DNA of 64,000 nucleotides from a bacterium (GTDB lineage Bacteria > SZUA-182 > DTGQ01 > JAFGSM01): assembly GCA_049472335.1 (NCBI GenBank), contig JBLIRO010000014.1:1-64000 (forward strand), in the 5' to 3' direction. Shown here in pieces: positions 31,934-42,806 of this stretch (positions are counted from its first letter, which is position 1; each line of letters starts with the position of its first letter). The translations under genes were made by a program, and so were the position numbers. The notes under the pieces were generated by a model, which saw only the letters and a program-made list of their open reading frames with translations, did no database searches and was not told where the DNA came from.

Positions 31934-32167
31934 TCATTATTCGAATAAAATAAGTTACAAGCCTATCAAGCCTTAACTTGATTACATTGAGCTTTGATAT
32001 ACTAAAATATTTAATGTCCGAATATGAAAAAGTCTATTTACGCTTTTAAAATAGTATTTTTAACTAAAAATTCACGAAAAGATTATATAAAGTGTTTACA
32101 CAAAAAGCGTATTTCAGGCGAGATATAATTATACATATAAACATTTAAGAATAGTCCGGGGGCTCCT

Positions 32168-33406
32168 ATGAGGATATTGTGGTTTGTTAATACACCTTTT
32201 CCCGAAATTGTTTCAAAATTAAACCTGAAGGGCGATTACATGGGCACATGGATGTCGTCTCTGAAGAAGGCTTTAATAAAGACACCCGGTTTTCAATCTG
32301 ATTCTGAGGATCGATTAGGGATAGTTTGCGCCTTGCCGAATATTTCTGATCCACAAATTTTTCATATGGACAAGGTTAGTTATTTCTGCATCCCTAAATC
32401 AAGAATGAGTCAATACACCCAAGAGTATAAAAGAGAGATATCTCACTGTATTCATGTTGTAAAAGTTTTTGATCCGGATATTGTTCATGTGCATGGAACG
32501 GAAGAATTTTACGGACTCATCTCTGAAAGGACAGAAAAACCCGTGGTGATTTCCATCCAGGGGATATTATCCGCTATAGTGAGGGTTTATTTTGAAAATA
32601 TGAGATATACCGAAATTTTTCAGGCACCCCGGATGATAAGACATTATCTTATCATGTGCAGGAAGGCCAGGACTGAACAAAGGATATTCCGGACGAATCA
32701 TTATTTTATAGGAAGGACCCAATGGGACAAGGCTCAAATGATAAGTCTGGTCAATAGCAAGTGTACTTATTATCAATGTGATGAGGTCATGGATGAGGAA
32801 TTTTATAAAGAAAGCTGGACTATCGACAAATCCGAGTCATTCACGATCGCTTGTACTTCTTCATCTTACGCATACAAAGGCATTCATTCCATATTGGAAG
32901 CAATGACATATTTAATAAACAGGCTTCCCGATGCCCGACTGCATATTTATGGATCTTTTCCTCCATTTGCCTATGGGGCCTTTCTGCGAAAAAAAATAGA
33001 AAAACTTGGATTAACTAATCATGTTCGTTTCTGCGGTTTCAAAAACTCAAAGTATTTAGCTATGGAATTAAAAAAAGCCAGGGCCTTTGTCATGGCTTCT
33101 TATATGGAAAATAGCTCTAATAGCCTGCAGGAAGCAATGCTTCTGGGAGTCCCTTCAGTAGTTTCTTATACCGGGGGCATTCCTTCTATCGCCGAACATG
33201 GAAAAAACTGTCTTATGTTCCCCAGAGGTGACGCGGCAGTCATGGCCGATTGCCTGTACAGGATCATCACCGATGACAATTTGTCCAGGAAGATCTCCGA
33301 GGCGAGCAAGACAAAGGCAGTTAAAAGAAACAACCCTGAAAAGATCTCAAAAGAATTGTTAGAGATATATAAAGATGTAATCATCCAAAAGGGGAAGCTG
33401 AATTGA
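32168..33406 (+). CDS. Glycosyltransferase family 4
   Basis: PDIVHVHGTE, SYMENSSNSLQEAMLLGVP. Confidence 0.9.
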   Translation: MRILWFVNTPFPEIVSKLNLKGDYMGTWMSSLKKALIKTPGFQSDSEDRLGIVCALPNISDPQIFHMDKVSYFCIPKSRMSQYTQEYKREISHCIHVVKVFDPDIVHVHGTEEFYGLISERTEKPVVISIQGILSAIVRVYFENMRYTEIFQAPRMIRHYLIMCRKARTEQRIFRTNHYFIGRTQWDKAQMISLVNSKCTYYQCDEVMDEEFYKESWTIDKSESFTIACTSSSYAYKGIHSILEAMTYLINRLPDARLHIYGSFPPFAYGAFLRKKIEKLGLTNHVRFCGFKNSKYLAMELKKARAFVMASYMENSSNSLQEAMLLGVPSVVSYTGGIPSIAEHGKNCLMFPRGDAAVMADCLYRIITDDNLSRKISEASKTKAVKRNNPEKISKELLEIYKDVIIQKGKLN

Positions 33407-35085
33407 TCGCCCTGGGGATTCATTGCGGACATGATTCCAGCGCCGCTATTATAAAGGATGGCGAAATTTTGGCAGATGCGGCCGAAGAGAGATTTACAAG
33501 ACTAAAGCATTGTAATCATGTCCCGGTTAAGGCTATGAGCTATTGTCTCTCTGCGGCCGGATTGTCAAATATAAATGAGGTCGATTTCGTTGCCTTATCC
33601 TGGAAAAGGCCACCCAAAGATCTTAGTGTAGTCCTGGGTATCGATAAAAATTCAAACCTTCGCAGCAAGGTAAAGGAATTTTTGGGATTTGGAATCTCTT
33701 CGGATCATCTTCAAGTCCCTGTATATTTTCCTGACTTCCGACTAGTGGATGAAAAAAAACTCATTACCGTGGAGCATCATCTAGCCCATGCAGCCAGCGC
33801 ATATTTTACACGAAAAACAAATGACAGATGTCTGATCTTTACCGTAGACGGGGCAGGTGACGGAGTTTCAACAGCGGTTTGGCTCGGAGAAAAGAATAGT
33901 ATTGTTCCTCTTGAAAAACTCTACCGGGAGGCCTCCATAGGCTGGGCCTATAGTATAGTGACTGAGGCCCTACACTGGTGGCATGGTGACGGAGAAGGTA
34001 AAACCATGGGATTGGCGCCATATGGAGATCGAACTGGATGTTCAGGAGTGCTGGATAAATATTTCCCAAAATTTACAGGCCGTACCCTGTCAAAACCCAC
34101 AAATCTAGGTCAAGCTTATTACTGGATTGAAAATAGCTCCACACAGTTTCACTTTGATGAGGCCTATGAGGTGGAAAGATTGATAAGTAAGTATGGAAGA
34201 GAAAATATAGCCGCCGAGGCACAGTATAAATTAGAAGAATGCCTGAAGGAATATATTTTTAGCTGGGCCGGCAAGGAAAAATGTGAGAAATTGGCCTTTT
34301 CGGGAGGGGTATTCCTGAATGTAAAGTTGAACCAAAGGATATGGAATGAGAGAAGTGAGCTAATGAAAGAACAGCATATCTTTCCCAATTGCGGTGATTC
34401 AGGATTAGCAATAGGAGCCGCTCTTTATGTTTATTATCAACATAGGGAATTTCACGGACATCCTTTGAATCATCTTTATCTGGGACCGTCTTTTCCCAAT
34501 GAAGAGATTGAAAGGATAATTCAGGAAAGAGGATTGAGCTGCCGATATATGAAAAGACCCGAAATAGCAGCAGCTTCATTACTTGCAGGGAACAAGATAA
34601 TCGGATGGTTTCAGGGAAGGATGGAAAGCGGACCCAGGGCATTGGGAAACCGGTCTATTCTTATGAGCCCTCTAAATGCAAATAATAAGGATATTATCAA
34701 TCAGCGGGTTAAATTCAGGGAAAGGTTCCGACCCTTTTGCCCATCCCTTCTGTGGGAGAAGGCCAAGGATTATCTTCTGGATTGGAGGGATGAATATTTT
34801 ATGATCACCTCTTTTGATATCACCCCTGAAAAAAGGGAAAAGGTCCCCGCCGTGGTTCATGTGGACGGCACAGTCCGGCCTCAATTGGTTCGCAGGGAAA
34901 CAAATCCTTTATACTGGTCCCTTATAAATAAATTCGGCGAGCTTACGGGTGAATATATAATTCTGAACACATCTTTTAATATTAAAGGGGAGCCGATCAT
35001 CCATCATCCGAGGGAGGCGATCCGTTGTTTTTTTGATACCGGACTGGATGCGCTCTTTTTGGGAAATTTTTTAATAGAAAAGTAA
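33403..35085 (+). CDS. Carbamoyltransferase, NodU/CmcH family
   Basis: GHDSSAA, EERFTRLKH, EHHLAHAASA, EGKTMGLAPYG, GPRALGNRS, FRPFCP, NTSFN; TTG start. Confidence 0.95.
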   Translation: MIALGIHCGHDSSAAIIKDGEILADAAEERFTRLKHCNHVPVKAMSYCLSAAGLSNINEVDFVALSWKRPPKDLSVVLGIDKNSNLRSKVKEFLGFGISSDHLQVPVYFPDFRLVDEKKLITVEHHLAHAASAYFTRKTNDRCLIFTVDGAGDGVSTAVWLGEKNSIVPLEKLYREASIGWAYSIVTEALHWWHGDGEGKTMGLAPYGDRTGCSGVLDKYFPKFTGRTLSKPTNLGQAYYWIENSSTQFHFDEAYEVERLISKYGRENIAAEAQYKLEECLKEYIFSWAGKEKCEKLAFSGGVFLNVKLNQRIWNERSELMKEQHIFPNCGDSGLAIGAALYVYYQHREFHGHPLNHLYLGPSFPNEEIERIIQERGLSCRYMKRPEIAAASLLAGNKIIGWFQGRMESGPRALGNRSILMSPLNANNKDIINQRVKFRERFRPFCPSLLWEKAKDYLLDWRDEYFMITSFDITPEKREKVPAVVHVDGTVRPQLVRRETNPLYWSLINKFGELTGEYIILNTSFNIKGEPIIHHPREAIRCFFDTGLDALFLGNFLIEK

Positions 35086-35105
35086 ATGATTTTTTAGGGG
35101 GGGGA

Positions 35106-36290
35106 ATGAGGAAACCAAAAGTTCTATTCCTGACAGAAGGTAAGGATATCCCCTCCACCCGTTTTTCTGTTTCCTCGTTTTTACCTTATCTTGAACGACA
35201 TGGAATTTCCTGTTCCGTATCTCACCGCAAGCCTCAAAAATACTCCTCAGTTAAACTCCCCTGTATAAATTATAAAATCATCCGAATACTGTGCTATTGC
35301 CTGCTTATCTATCCTTTTTCCATTATTTTGCGTTTTTTTGATTTGTGGAAAACGAGATTTTATGATATTACCTTTGTTCAACGTGACCTTGATGAAAATC
35401 ACACAAGCGCATGGCTGGAAAGATTATTTAGAAAATATTCCAGATGTCTCATTTTCTATTTTGATGATGCTATCTGGCTTTCCAAAAACTATTTCGGCAG
35501 ATCATTGGAGCAGAAAATACAGGAAATAATTCGTATGTCCGATTGGATATTTGTCTCACATAAATACCTTGCAGATTACGCGCGGAGATTTAATTCATCG
35601 GTTCTAACATTTCCCATGTCCATTGATACCTGCATATATTCCATGAAACAAGATCCAATATATATGCCTTCTGAAGAAATCCTCAAAGACCGGAAAAATA
35701 TCAGTACGAACGGATCATTCGCGAAACCGTATAGAAACCTGAAAAAGGTGATTTTAGGCTGGTCAGGAGGGCCCTGGAATTATCCTGAACTTCTGGAGCT
35801 TTTGAATATTTTCAGGGAAATAAAAGAAAAAACCGGAGCTGAAATCCTTATTCAATCAGGAACGCCGCCTCCTGTAGAGATACAACAAATTGGAGTCACT
35901 TATGTGCCATGGCAAAGAGATACAGAAATAGAGGTAATACAGAGAATGGATATAGCAATCTGCCCTTTAAGGGACTCCCCATGGACAAGGGGGAAATTCA
36001 GCATAAAACTTCTTCAATATATGGCTTGCGGAATACCGGTTATTTGCTCTGACGTGGGAGTCAATAGAGAGATCATTATCGATGGTCTTGTTGGTTTTGT
36101 AGTAAAAGAAGAGGAAGAATGGAGGACAAAGATTCTGACATTGGTTCATGACAGGGAAAAACGAAAACAAATGGGTAAAGCAGCACGACAAAGGGCTGAA
36201 AATTGTTATTCAATTAAGAAGGGCAGCATCTGGCTGGCCGATTTTTTTCTTTCACAAACAAAGGATTATCGTAACAATTTAGTTGTTTAA
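35106..36290 (+). CDS. Glycosyltransferase family 4
   Basis: PSTRF, FDDAIW, GKFSIKLLQYMACGIPVICSDVG. Confidence 0.9.
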   Translation: MRKPKVLFLTEGKDIPSTRFSVSSFLPYLERHGISCSVSHRKPQKYSSVKLPCINYKIIRILCYCLLIYPFSIILRFFDLWKTRFYDITFVQRDLDENHTSAWLERLFRKYSRCLIFYFDDAIWLSKNYFGRSLEQKIQEIIRMSDWIFVSHKYLADYARRFNSSVLTFPMSIDTCIYSMKQDPIYMPSEEILKDRKNISTNGSFAKPYRNLKKVILGWSGGPWNYPELLELLNIFREIKEKTGAEILIQSGTPPPVEIQQIGVTYVPWQRDTEIEVIQRMDIAICPLRDSPWTRGKFSIKLLQYMACGIPVICSDVGVNREIIIDGLVGFVVKEEEEWRTKILTLVHDREKRKQMGKAARQRAENCYSIKKGSIWLADFFLSQTKDYRNNLVV

Positions 36291-36316
36291 ATTTAATAAT
36301 TTGCCGAATGAAATGA

Positions 36317-37639
36317 ATGATGGATCTTTATATAAAAAATGGTGACAGCATATTTAAGAATAAGGATAGGCCTTGGAAAGAATGGTCTATTTTGCTTATC
36401 TGTCTGTTTATTGCTTTCAGCCTGAGGCTCGGAGAGTTGAGACGTGTCATGGACAGTCCGCTTGATCCGGATGTAAGCAGTTTTATTACTCTGGCAAATA
36501 AAATGAAACCTTTTTCGGAAACGGGTTTTTACTCCGCCCGGTTTGAATTACGTGAACCCCTTTATCTCTTGGTAGCCAAGTTTTTTTTCCTGCTTCCGGG
36601 ATCGGATGATTTAAATATTAGATTTGTTTCATTTCTTTTTTCTCTTTTAGTGATATTTTTAACCTATCTTCTTGTGCGCAACTGGCTGGGAAAGGGTGTA
36701 GGCCTTGTAGCAGCATCTTTTTTGACCTTTCATACATATTGTATCGAAGCGAGCGCAAGAGGTCTCAGATGTGAATTCCTTACTTTCCTCTTTCTGCTTT
36801 TTATTTATCTGACATTAATAAATGAAAAAATGGTTCCTTTGCAAAGAATTATGGGAGCAGGAATAATGTCCGGCCTTCTTTTTCTTACAAGGACAGAGTT
36901 TCTTTTTCCTACAGTCCTTTTTTTCATTTTGCTTCCATTAATAGAAAGAAAAAAATGGAATTTTTTAAGTGCCCTTCTGGCAATAATTATCAGTATTGCA
37001 ATATTTCTTCCTCATCTTATTGGGATGTACCGGGTCCATGGAGATATATTTTATACCAGCAATTTAGGTGCCCGTTTTTATACCAATCTTGAATTTGCAG
37101 GGCAGCCGGGATTCCCGTCAAAGGAAGAGATTGAGCAAAAGGGAATGTTTACCGGACCAAAAGTAACGCCTTTTGACTATTTTTTTCGTTTTCATACCTT
37201 GCCTGAACTTTTTTGGGGAACCGCATGGGGGATGGCCAAGGTTTATATCTATCTGGCAATCCGCTATATCCCGACAAAGACATGGAATATGGTAAAGGAG
37301 CAAACCCGGACAACCCTGGCACGAATAAGGTTTATCCTGTTCAAGCATCCTTTCCGGTTACTTTTATCGATTCTGATAGGGATAGGCTTATTGGGAGGCC
37401 TTCTTGGCCTTTGGACAACTACTCACCGGTCTCTCTATTTTATCCTTGTCATTTTCCAGATTCAAACTGCTTTTCTTTTTTCCATTGGACTGGAGACACA
37501 GGTGGTTACTCATACATGGCCGGTAGCGCTATGGTTGGCGGCCTATTTTTTTACGACTTGCTCAGGCCTTTTATTCAACAGATCTTACCCGGGACTTCCC
37601 GGAATCAAATTTATGTCCATGCGAAAAGAGGTCAGATGA
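36317..37639 (+). CDS. GT-C fold membrane glycosyltransferase (ArnT/PMT_2-like)
   Basis: Multi-TM; DPD in first loop, REPLY, GLLFLTRTE. Confidence 0.75.
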   Translation: MMDLYIKNGDSIFKNKDRPWKEWSILLICLFIAFSLRLGELRRVMDSPLDPDVSSFITLANKMKPFSETGFYSARFELREPLYLLVAKFFFLLPGSDDLNIRFVSFLFSLLVIFLTYLLVRNWLGKGVGLVAASFLTFHTYCIEASARGLRCEFLTFLFLLFIYLTLINEKMVPLQRIMGAGIMSGLLFLTRTEFLFPTVLFFILLPLIERKKWNFLSALLAIIISIAIFLPHLIGMYRVHGDIFYTSNLGARFYTNLEFAGQPGFPSKEEIEQKGMFTGPKVTPFDYFFRFHTLPELFWGTAWGMAKVYIYLAIRYIPTKTWNMVKEQTRTTLARIRFILFKHPFRLLLSILIGIGLLGGLLGLWTTTHRSLYFILVIFQIQTAFLFSIGLETQVVTHTWPVALWLAAYFFTTCSGLLFNRSYPGLPGIKFMSMRKEVR

Positions 37640-39531
37640 TGTGCGGCATCTGCGGAGGAGTTTTATCTGACAATAAAAGATCTATGAATCAATCACTGTT
37701 AAAGGATATGATGGACCAGCTCATCCATCGGGGGCCCGACGCAGAGGGGACCTATCTTGAAGGACAGGTTGGCCTCGGACACCGCAGGTTGAGCATTATC
37801 GACCTGAGTCCTCTGGGAAGACAGCCTATGTCCAATGAGGACGGTTCGCTTTATCTTGTTATAAACGGAGAGATCTATAATCACAAGACACTTCGAAAAG
37901 AACTCGAAGCAAGGGGGCACAATTTCAGATCAAAAAGTGACAGCGAGGTTGTCCTGCATCTTTATGAAGAGATGGGGGAAGATCTGCTTTCACAGCTTTT
38001 CGGAATGTACAGTTTTGCTTTGTGGGATGCTAGGGAAAAAAGGCTTTTTCTCGCCCGGGACAGGATCGGGCAAAAACCCCTTTTTTATGCAATAACGAAT
38101 ACGGGCATATTCTTTGGGTCCGAGATTAAAGCACTTTTAAAATGCCCTGATGTTAGCCGGGAAATCAATTTAGAGGCTTTGCACCATTATCTTACCTTCG
38201 AGTACGTGCCTCATCCTTTGACTATCTTTAAAGGCATCAAAAAACTGCCTCCGGCTCATTACCTTATCTGGAAAAATGGAAATCTTCAAATTAAACGTTA
38301 CTGGGACCTACAATATAAGAATAAACACAGTAATATGTCTTTCCAGAGTTTAAAGTCAGAATTTATGGATTGTTTCGAAGACGCAGTGCGCATAAGGATG
38401 ATGAGTGATGTGCCCCTCGGGGCATTCCTCAGCGGGGGGATCGATTCCAGTGCCACGGTAGCCATGATGAGCAGACTTTCGAATACTCCAGTCAAGACCT
38501 TTTCCATAGGATTTGATGACCATGCATATAACGAGTTGTCTTATGCAAGAAGGGTTGCCCGGATCTTCAAAACAGAACACCATGAATTCATCGTGAAACC
38601 CAATGCCACCGAGATTCTCCCTAAGCTCATATGGCATTATGATGAACCTTATGCTGACTCCTCCGCCATTCCAACCTATTACCTGGCAAAAATGACCCGC
38701 AGTGAGGTAACGGTTGCACTCAGCGGTGACGGAGGGGATGAGTCTTTTGCCGGCTATGAGCGCTATTTAGCGGACTATCTTGCCGGAATATATACAAGGC
38801 TGCCAGGATGGACAGGGCCTTATTTTATAAAAATGCTTATCAACATCCTCCCATGTGATTATAGATATAAAGGATTTATAAGAAGGCTAAAGCGCTTTGT
38901 GAACGCCCTGGATGATAAACCGGAAAGGCGTTACTGCAGATGGATCTGTTTTTTTGACAATGAAGCCAAGGGAAAAATCTATACCTATGATTTCGCCTCA
39001 AAATTAAGGGATTCGGATTCATATTCATATATCGAGGCATGGTATGAAAAGGCCAAGGCAGATACCTTCCTGGATCGCACCTTATATGTGGATGTCCATA
39101 CATATTTGCCGGATGACCTCATGGTAAAGGTTGATATCGCCACCATGGCCCATTCACTTGAAGCCCGGTCACCTTTTCTGGATCACAGGCTTATGGAATT
39201 TGCCGCATCTCTTCCTCATAATTTCAAACTAAGGTGCTGGCAAACAAAGTACTTTCTCAAAAAGGCCTTTGAAGGGTTTCTGCCTAAAGAGATCCTTAAC
39301 AGATCAAAGATGGGATTTGGTGTTCCGCTCGATATATGGTTCAGGACCGACTTGAAGGATATGGCCTATGATGTACTGTTAAGCCGCAGATCTATTGACC
39401 GGGGTTATTTCAAGCCGCAAGAGATAAAGAATCTTCTTGATGTTCATTCTCAAAAAAAAGCCGACAATTCATATCGAATCTGGGCATTGCTCATTCTGGA
39501 GCTTTGGCATTTAAATTTTATTGACAAATGA
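37639..39531 (+). CDS. asnB: Asparagine synthase-like amidotransferase (glutamine-hydrolysing)
   Basis: N-terminal MCGICG, HRGPD, RRLSIIDL, NGEIYN, LSGGIDSS, SGDGGDE. Confidence 0.95.
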   Translation: MCGICGGVLSDNKRSMNQSLLKDMMDQLIHRGPDAEGTYLEGQVGLGHRRLSIIDLSPLGRQPMSNEDGSLYLVINGEIYNHKTLRKELEARGHNFRSKSDSEVVLHLYEEMGEDLLSQLFGMYSFALWDAREKRLFLARDRIGQKPLFYAITNTGIFFGSEIKALLKCPDVSREINLEALHHYLTFEYVPHPLTIFKGIKKLPPAHYLIWKNGNLQIKRYWDLQYKNKHSNMSFQSLKSEFMDCFEDAVRIRMMSDVPLGAFLSGGIDSSATVAMMSRLSNTPVKTFSIGFDDHAYNELSYARRVARIFKTEHHEFIVKPNATEILPKLIWHYDEPYADSSAIPTYYLAKMTRSEVTVALSGDGGDESFAGYERYLADYLAGIYTRLPGWTGPYFIKMLINILPCDYRYKGFIRRLKRFVNALDDKPERRYCRWICFFDNEAKGKIYTYDFASKLRDSDSYSYIEAWYEKAKADTFLDRTLYVDVHTYLPDDLMVKVDIATMAHSLEARSPFLDHRLMEFAASLPHNFKLRCWQTKYFLKKAFEGFLPKEILNRSKMGFGVPLDIWFRTDLKDMAYDVLLSRRSIDRGYFKPQEIKNLLDVHSQKKADNSYRIWALLILELWHLNFIDK

Positions 39532-39591
39532 GAGAGAAAATGATTTTTAAGAAAAAATCATATAATTTATTTAATTTTATAATATTTTAAA

Positions 39592-40767
39592 ATGCCTCAG
39601 AAACCAAATCAAAATTTAAAGATCTTTTATTTATTGACGGATTCGGATTTCGGGGGAACTGAGGCATCTGTCAGGAGATTGGCTACCGGTATGAGGCAAA
39701 GAGGCTTTAAAATCGAGATTTGCAGCATTAAAAGGCCGGGATATATGGCAAAAGATATGATGAGCCAGGGATTCAAGGTTGCAAGCCTTGATCTGCCTTC
39801 CGGAATTACATGGAATTACCCGTTTCTTTTTTTAACCGGAATCATACGTTTAAAAAAACTCTTAAAGGAAGTGAAGCCTGACATCATTCACTCCTTCCTC
39901 TTTCAGTCGAATTTGATGACAGCCATGTCCAGGTCTTTCATAGATGGGGAAAAGGCACCAATTGGGTTTATTTCTTCAGTCAGATGTACAGAGGCCAATA
40001 AATCCTGCTGGAGGATCATCCTGGATCGGTGGGCATTAGGCAGGTCAGATCTAATTTTAACGGTTTCGGAGGCCGTAAGGAACAAATATCTGGAAAGAGA
40101 AAATATTCAGCGAAACAGAATAAGAGTTCTCTATCATGGTGTTGATCAAAGATTTATGGAAGAACAGAAAAAAGTATCCGAATTTCGCTCAAAATTGGGT
40201 GTAGGAAAAGAAGATGAAGTGATCGGCACAGTTGCCAGGTTACATAAAGACAAGGATATCGAGATTCTGATTAAGGCCTTTGCATTAGCACTAAAATCCA
40301 GGCCACAAATAAAGCTTCTGATTATAGGCGACGGACCTGAAAAGAAGAATTTAAAGGAAATGACAGTTACACTCGGGATAATGGATAGGATCATTTTTAC
40401 CGGATTTCAATCCGATGTCCTTCCCTTAATTGGGTTACTGGACATATTTTGTCTTACCTCAAAAGAAGAAGGATTTCCGCAATCCCTTATAGAAGCCATG
40501 GCCCTTGAAAAACCGGTAGTAGTAAGCAGGGTAGGGGGAGTAATGGAACTGATTGAGGATGGTATAAGCGGCATATTAATCCCACCCGGAAATCCGGAAA
40601 CCTTTAGAGATTCTATTCTTTATCTTTTACAGAACCCTCAAAAGGCCCAAAAAATGGGAAATGCAGCAAAAGAAAAGATCAAGCATGGCTTTCTCCTTGA
40701 TCATACCTTGGATAAAATGGAGGCCATATATGGAGAAGTTCTTCAAAAAGTAAGAGAAATGCGCTAG
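39592..40767 (+). CDS. Glycosyltransferase family 4
   Basis: GGTE, GTVARL, EGFPQSLIEAMA. Confidence 0.92.
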   Translation: MPQKPNQNLKIFYLLTDSDFGGTEASVRRLATGMRQRGFKIEICSIKRPGYMAKDMMSQGFKVASLDLPSGITWNYPFLFLTGIIRLKKLLKEVKPDIIHSFLFQSNLMTAMSRSFIDGEKAPIGFISSVRCTEANKSCWRIILDRWALGRSDLILTVSEAVRNKYLERENIQRNRIRVLYHGVDQRFMEEQKKVSEFRSKLGVGKEDEVIGTVARLHKDKDIEILIKAFALALKSRPQIKLLIIGDGPEKKNLKEMTVTLGIMDRIIFTGFQSDVLPLIGLLDIFCLTSKEEGFPQSLIEAMALEKPVVVSRVGGVMELIEDGISGILIPPGNPETFRDSILYLLQNPQKAQKMGNAAKEKIKHGFLLDHTLDKMEAIYGEVLQKVREMR

Positions 40768-40874
40768 TGCTTAAAGCGCCAAGTGCTCAAAGTTAAGGAA
40801 TGCGCTTTCAGCGCTGTTTTTTGGATAAAATGACTAAGATTACAAGTGCCTTAAGTTAAGAAATACGTTCCTAA

Positions 40875-42806
40875 ATGCTTGAACTATTGCTAAAACTAGT
40901 TATAAAATCATTATCGGATATATTTTTTATTTTATTTCTTTTGATCCTTTCACTGGGATCAGGGAAAAAGATATGGTCCCGCCTGTTCGATCCTCCGGCT
41001 ACATTTATTGATTTTATTGAAGAAGGCATATTTTGTATATCCATAGGCTTGGGAATACTTGCCCTGATCATTTTAATTGTGGGGCTATCCGGAATCCTGC
41101 AATTTTGGAGTGTCCTGTCCATATTTATCTTACTTTTAATACTGGCATTCAGAGAAATAAAAGAGTATTTTTCAGGTATTTTTTGCTCCCAAAACGCGCT
41201 TTTTTATCCTTTATCTCACGATCGGCTCTTTCTTATTCTATCACCCTTTCTAATTATTGCCTTTATCTGGTTGTTTCTTGCATCCAGAATCCCCCCTGTT
41301 TTTTATGACGCCCTTGTATATCACTTGGGGATACCCAATCAGTATCTCATACATCACACAATTCACTTTATACCCCATTCTATTCATTCACATCATCCGT
41401 TTTTGATTCAAAATCTGTTTGCAGTATGTCTTCTTTTTGGAGGGCAGGGTACTGCGAAACTTCTTGTAATGATGTTTGCTATCTTCAATTCCCTATCTCT
41501 TTCAATCTTTGCAATCAGATTGTGCAAAAGGCCTGTTTCATGGTTAGCTGGAGGAATTTTTTTATTAACACCTACAGTCCTCTTAACAGGGGCCTTGGTA
41601 AACGTAGATCTCGGTTTTTCACTCTATACCATTCTTGCAATTTATGCCTTATGTATGTGGTCCATAAACAAGGATAATAGATGGCTTATCATATCAGCCT
41701 TAATGACAGGTTTTTCTTTAGGTACCAAATATACGGCGATTATTCTCTGTTTCGGTCTTTGTATGTTGTGCCTGGTTTTTATCATGATAAAAGAAAGATG
41801 GAATATAGGAAAAGCAGCGAAGGCCATTATTATCTTTGTCTTTATTGCATTATCCCTTGGGTCCGGATGGTACATCAAAAACCTTGTCTGGACTCATAAC
41901 CCCTTCTACCCTAAATGGGCTTATATATGGGGAGATCCGAAAATACCCAAAGAAAATCTGGACGCCTTCAATTCATCAGCAAATGCCTACAATTCAAAAG
42001 ATGCAACAAGAAACAGTATCCTTTCCTTGCCATTGGATATCATCTTTCATCCTGAATGGTTTGGGGTAGGTGGCTCACCCGGTCTATTATTTTTAATATT
42101 ATTTCCTCTTGCTTTTATTCCTGACAAAAAAAATAAATCATTTTATTTATTGATATTATTTTGTATTTTATATTATTTTTTCTGGGCCTATACCTTTAGA
42201 ATGACCCGCTTCTCCCTGCCGCTTCTGGCTATCCTTATATTATTGGCAACGGGTACTCTGGCCAGGGTGTTTAAAGCTAAATGGAAGTTATTCAGCTATA
42301 TAATCATCGCAGTTATTATGTTGGGTTTTTCCTATAACCTCTACCAATCCATAGCGACATTTACCCGGATATACGATCCATGGAAATACCTGACAGGAAG
42401 AGAAACAGAAGATGCCTATCTTTCCCGTGCAATACCAAGCTATCCTATATTCAAATATATTGACAATAACCTCTCTTCAGATTCTAAGATCCTTTTTCTC
42501 GGTGAAACAATAAATTATTACTGTCACAGGGATGTTGTTTCCCCTACGGCTTTTGACATAAATCCCATCATGCCGGTTCTCAAAAATGCGAAAAACAAGG
42601 CGGATGTTTATGATTATTTGAAAAAGACGGGTATAACACACATTCTCATTAATTTCCCCGGAATAGAACGGCTCGATCGCTCCTATAAAACATTCGGATT
42701 TACAGATAATGATCGAAAAATACTGGGAGATATTTTTCAATCCTCAACAGTTCTTGCAAGACTAATTCTTTCAGGGGGGGGAGAGATTGTACTTATAATG
42801 CCATGA
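40875..42806 (+). CDS. GT-C fold membrane glycosyltransferase
   Basis: More than 12 TM segments; PPVFYDALVYHL, GTKYT, WYIKN...NPFYP, RFSLP. Confidence 0.75.
   Translation: MLELLLKLVIKSLSDIFFILFLLILSLGSGKKIWSRLFDPPATFIDFIEEGIFCISIGLGILALIILIVGLSGILQFWSVLSIFILLLILAFREIKEYFSGIFCSQNALFYPLSHDRLFLILSPFLIIAFIWLFLASRIPPVFYDALVYHLGIPNQYLIHHTIHFIPHSIHSHHPFLIQNLFAVCLLFGGQGTAKLLVMMFAIFNSLSLSIFAIRLCKRPVSWLAGGIFLLTPTVLLTGALVNVDLGFSLYTILAIYALCMWSINKDNRWLIISALMTGFSLGTKYTAIILCFGLCMLCLVFIMIKERWNIGKAAKAIIIFVFIALSLGSGWYIKNLVWTHNPFYPKWAYIWGDPKIPKENLDAFNSSANAYNSKDATRNSILSLPLDIIFHPEWFGVGGSPGLLFLILFPLAFIPDKKNKSFYLLILFCILYYFFWAYTFRMTRFSLPLLAILILLATGTLARVFKAKWKLFSYIIIAVIMLGFSYNLYQSIATFTRIYDPWKYLTGRETEDAYLSRAIPSYPIFKYIDNNLSSDSKILFLGETINYYCHRDVVSPTAFDINPIMPVLKNAKNKADVYDYLKKTGITHILINFPGIERLDRSYKTFGFTDNDRKILGDIFQSSTVLARLILSGGGEIVLIMP

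Noticed and set aside
37213..37635. 141-aa N-terminal extension of AsnB in the ORF track
   Set aside because: It overlaps the upstream GT-C gene; Ntn amidotransferases need Cys at position 2, so the start is MCGICG at 37639.
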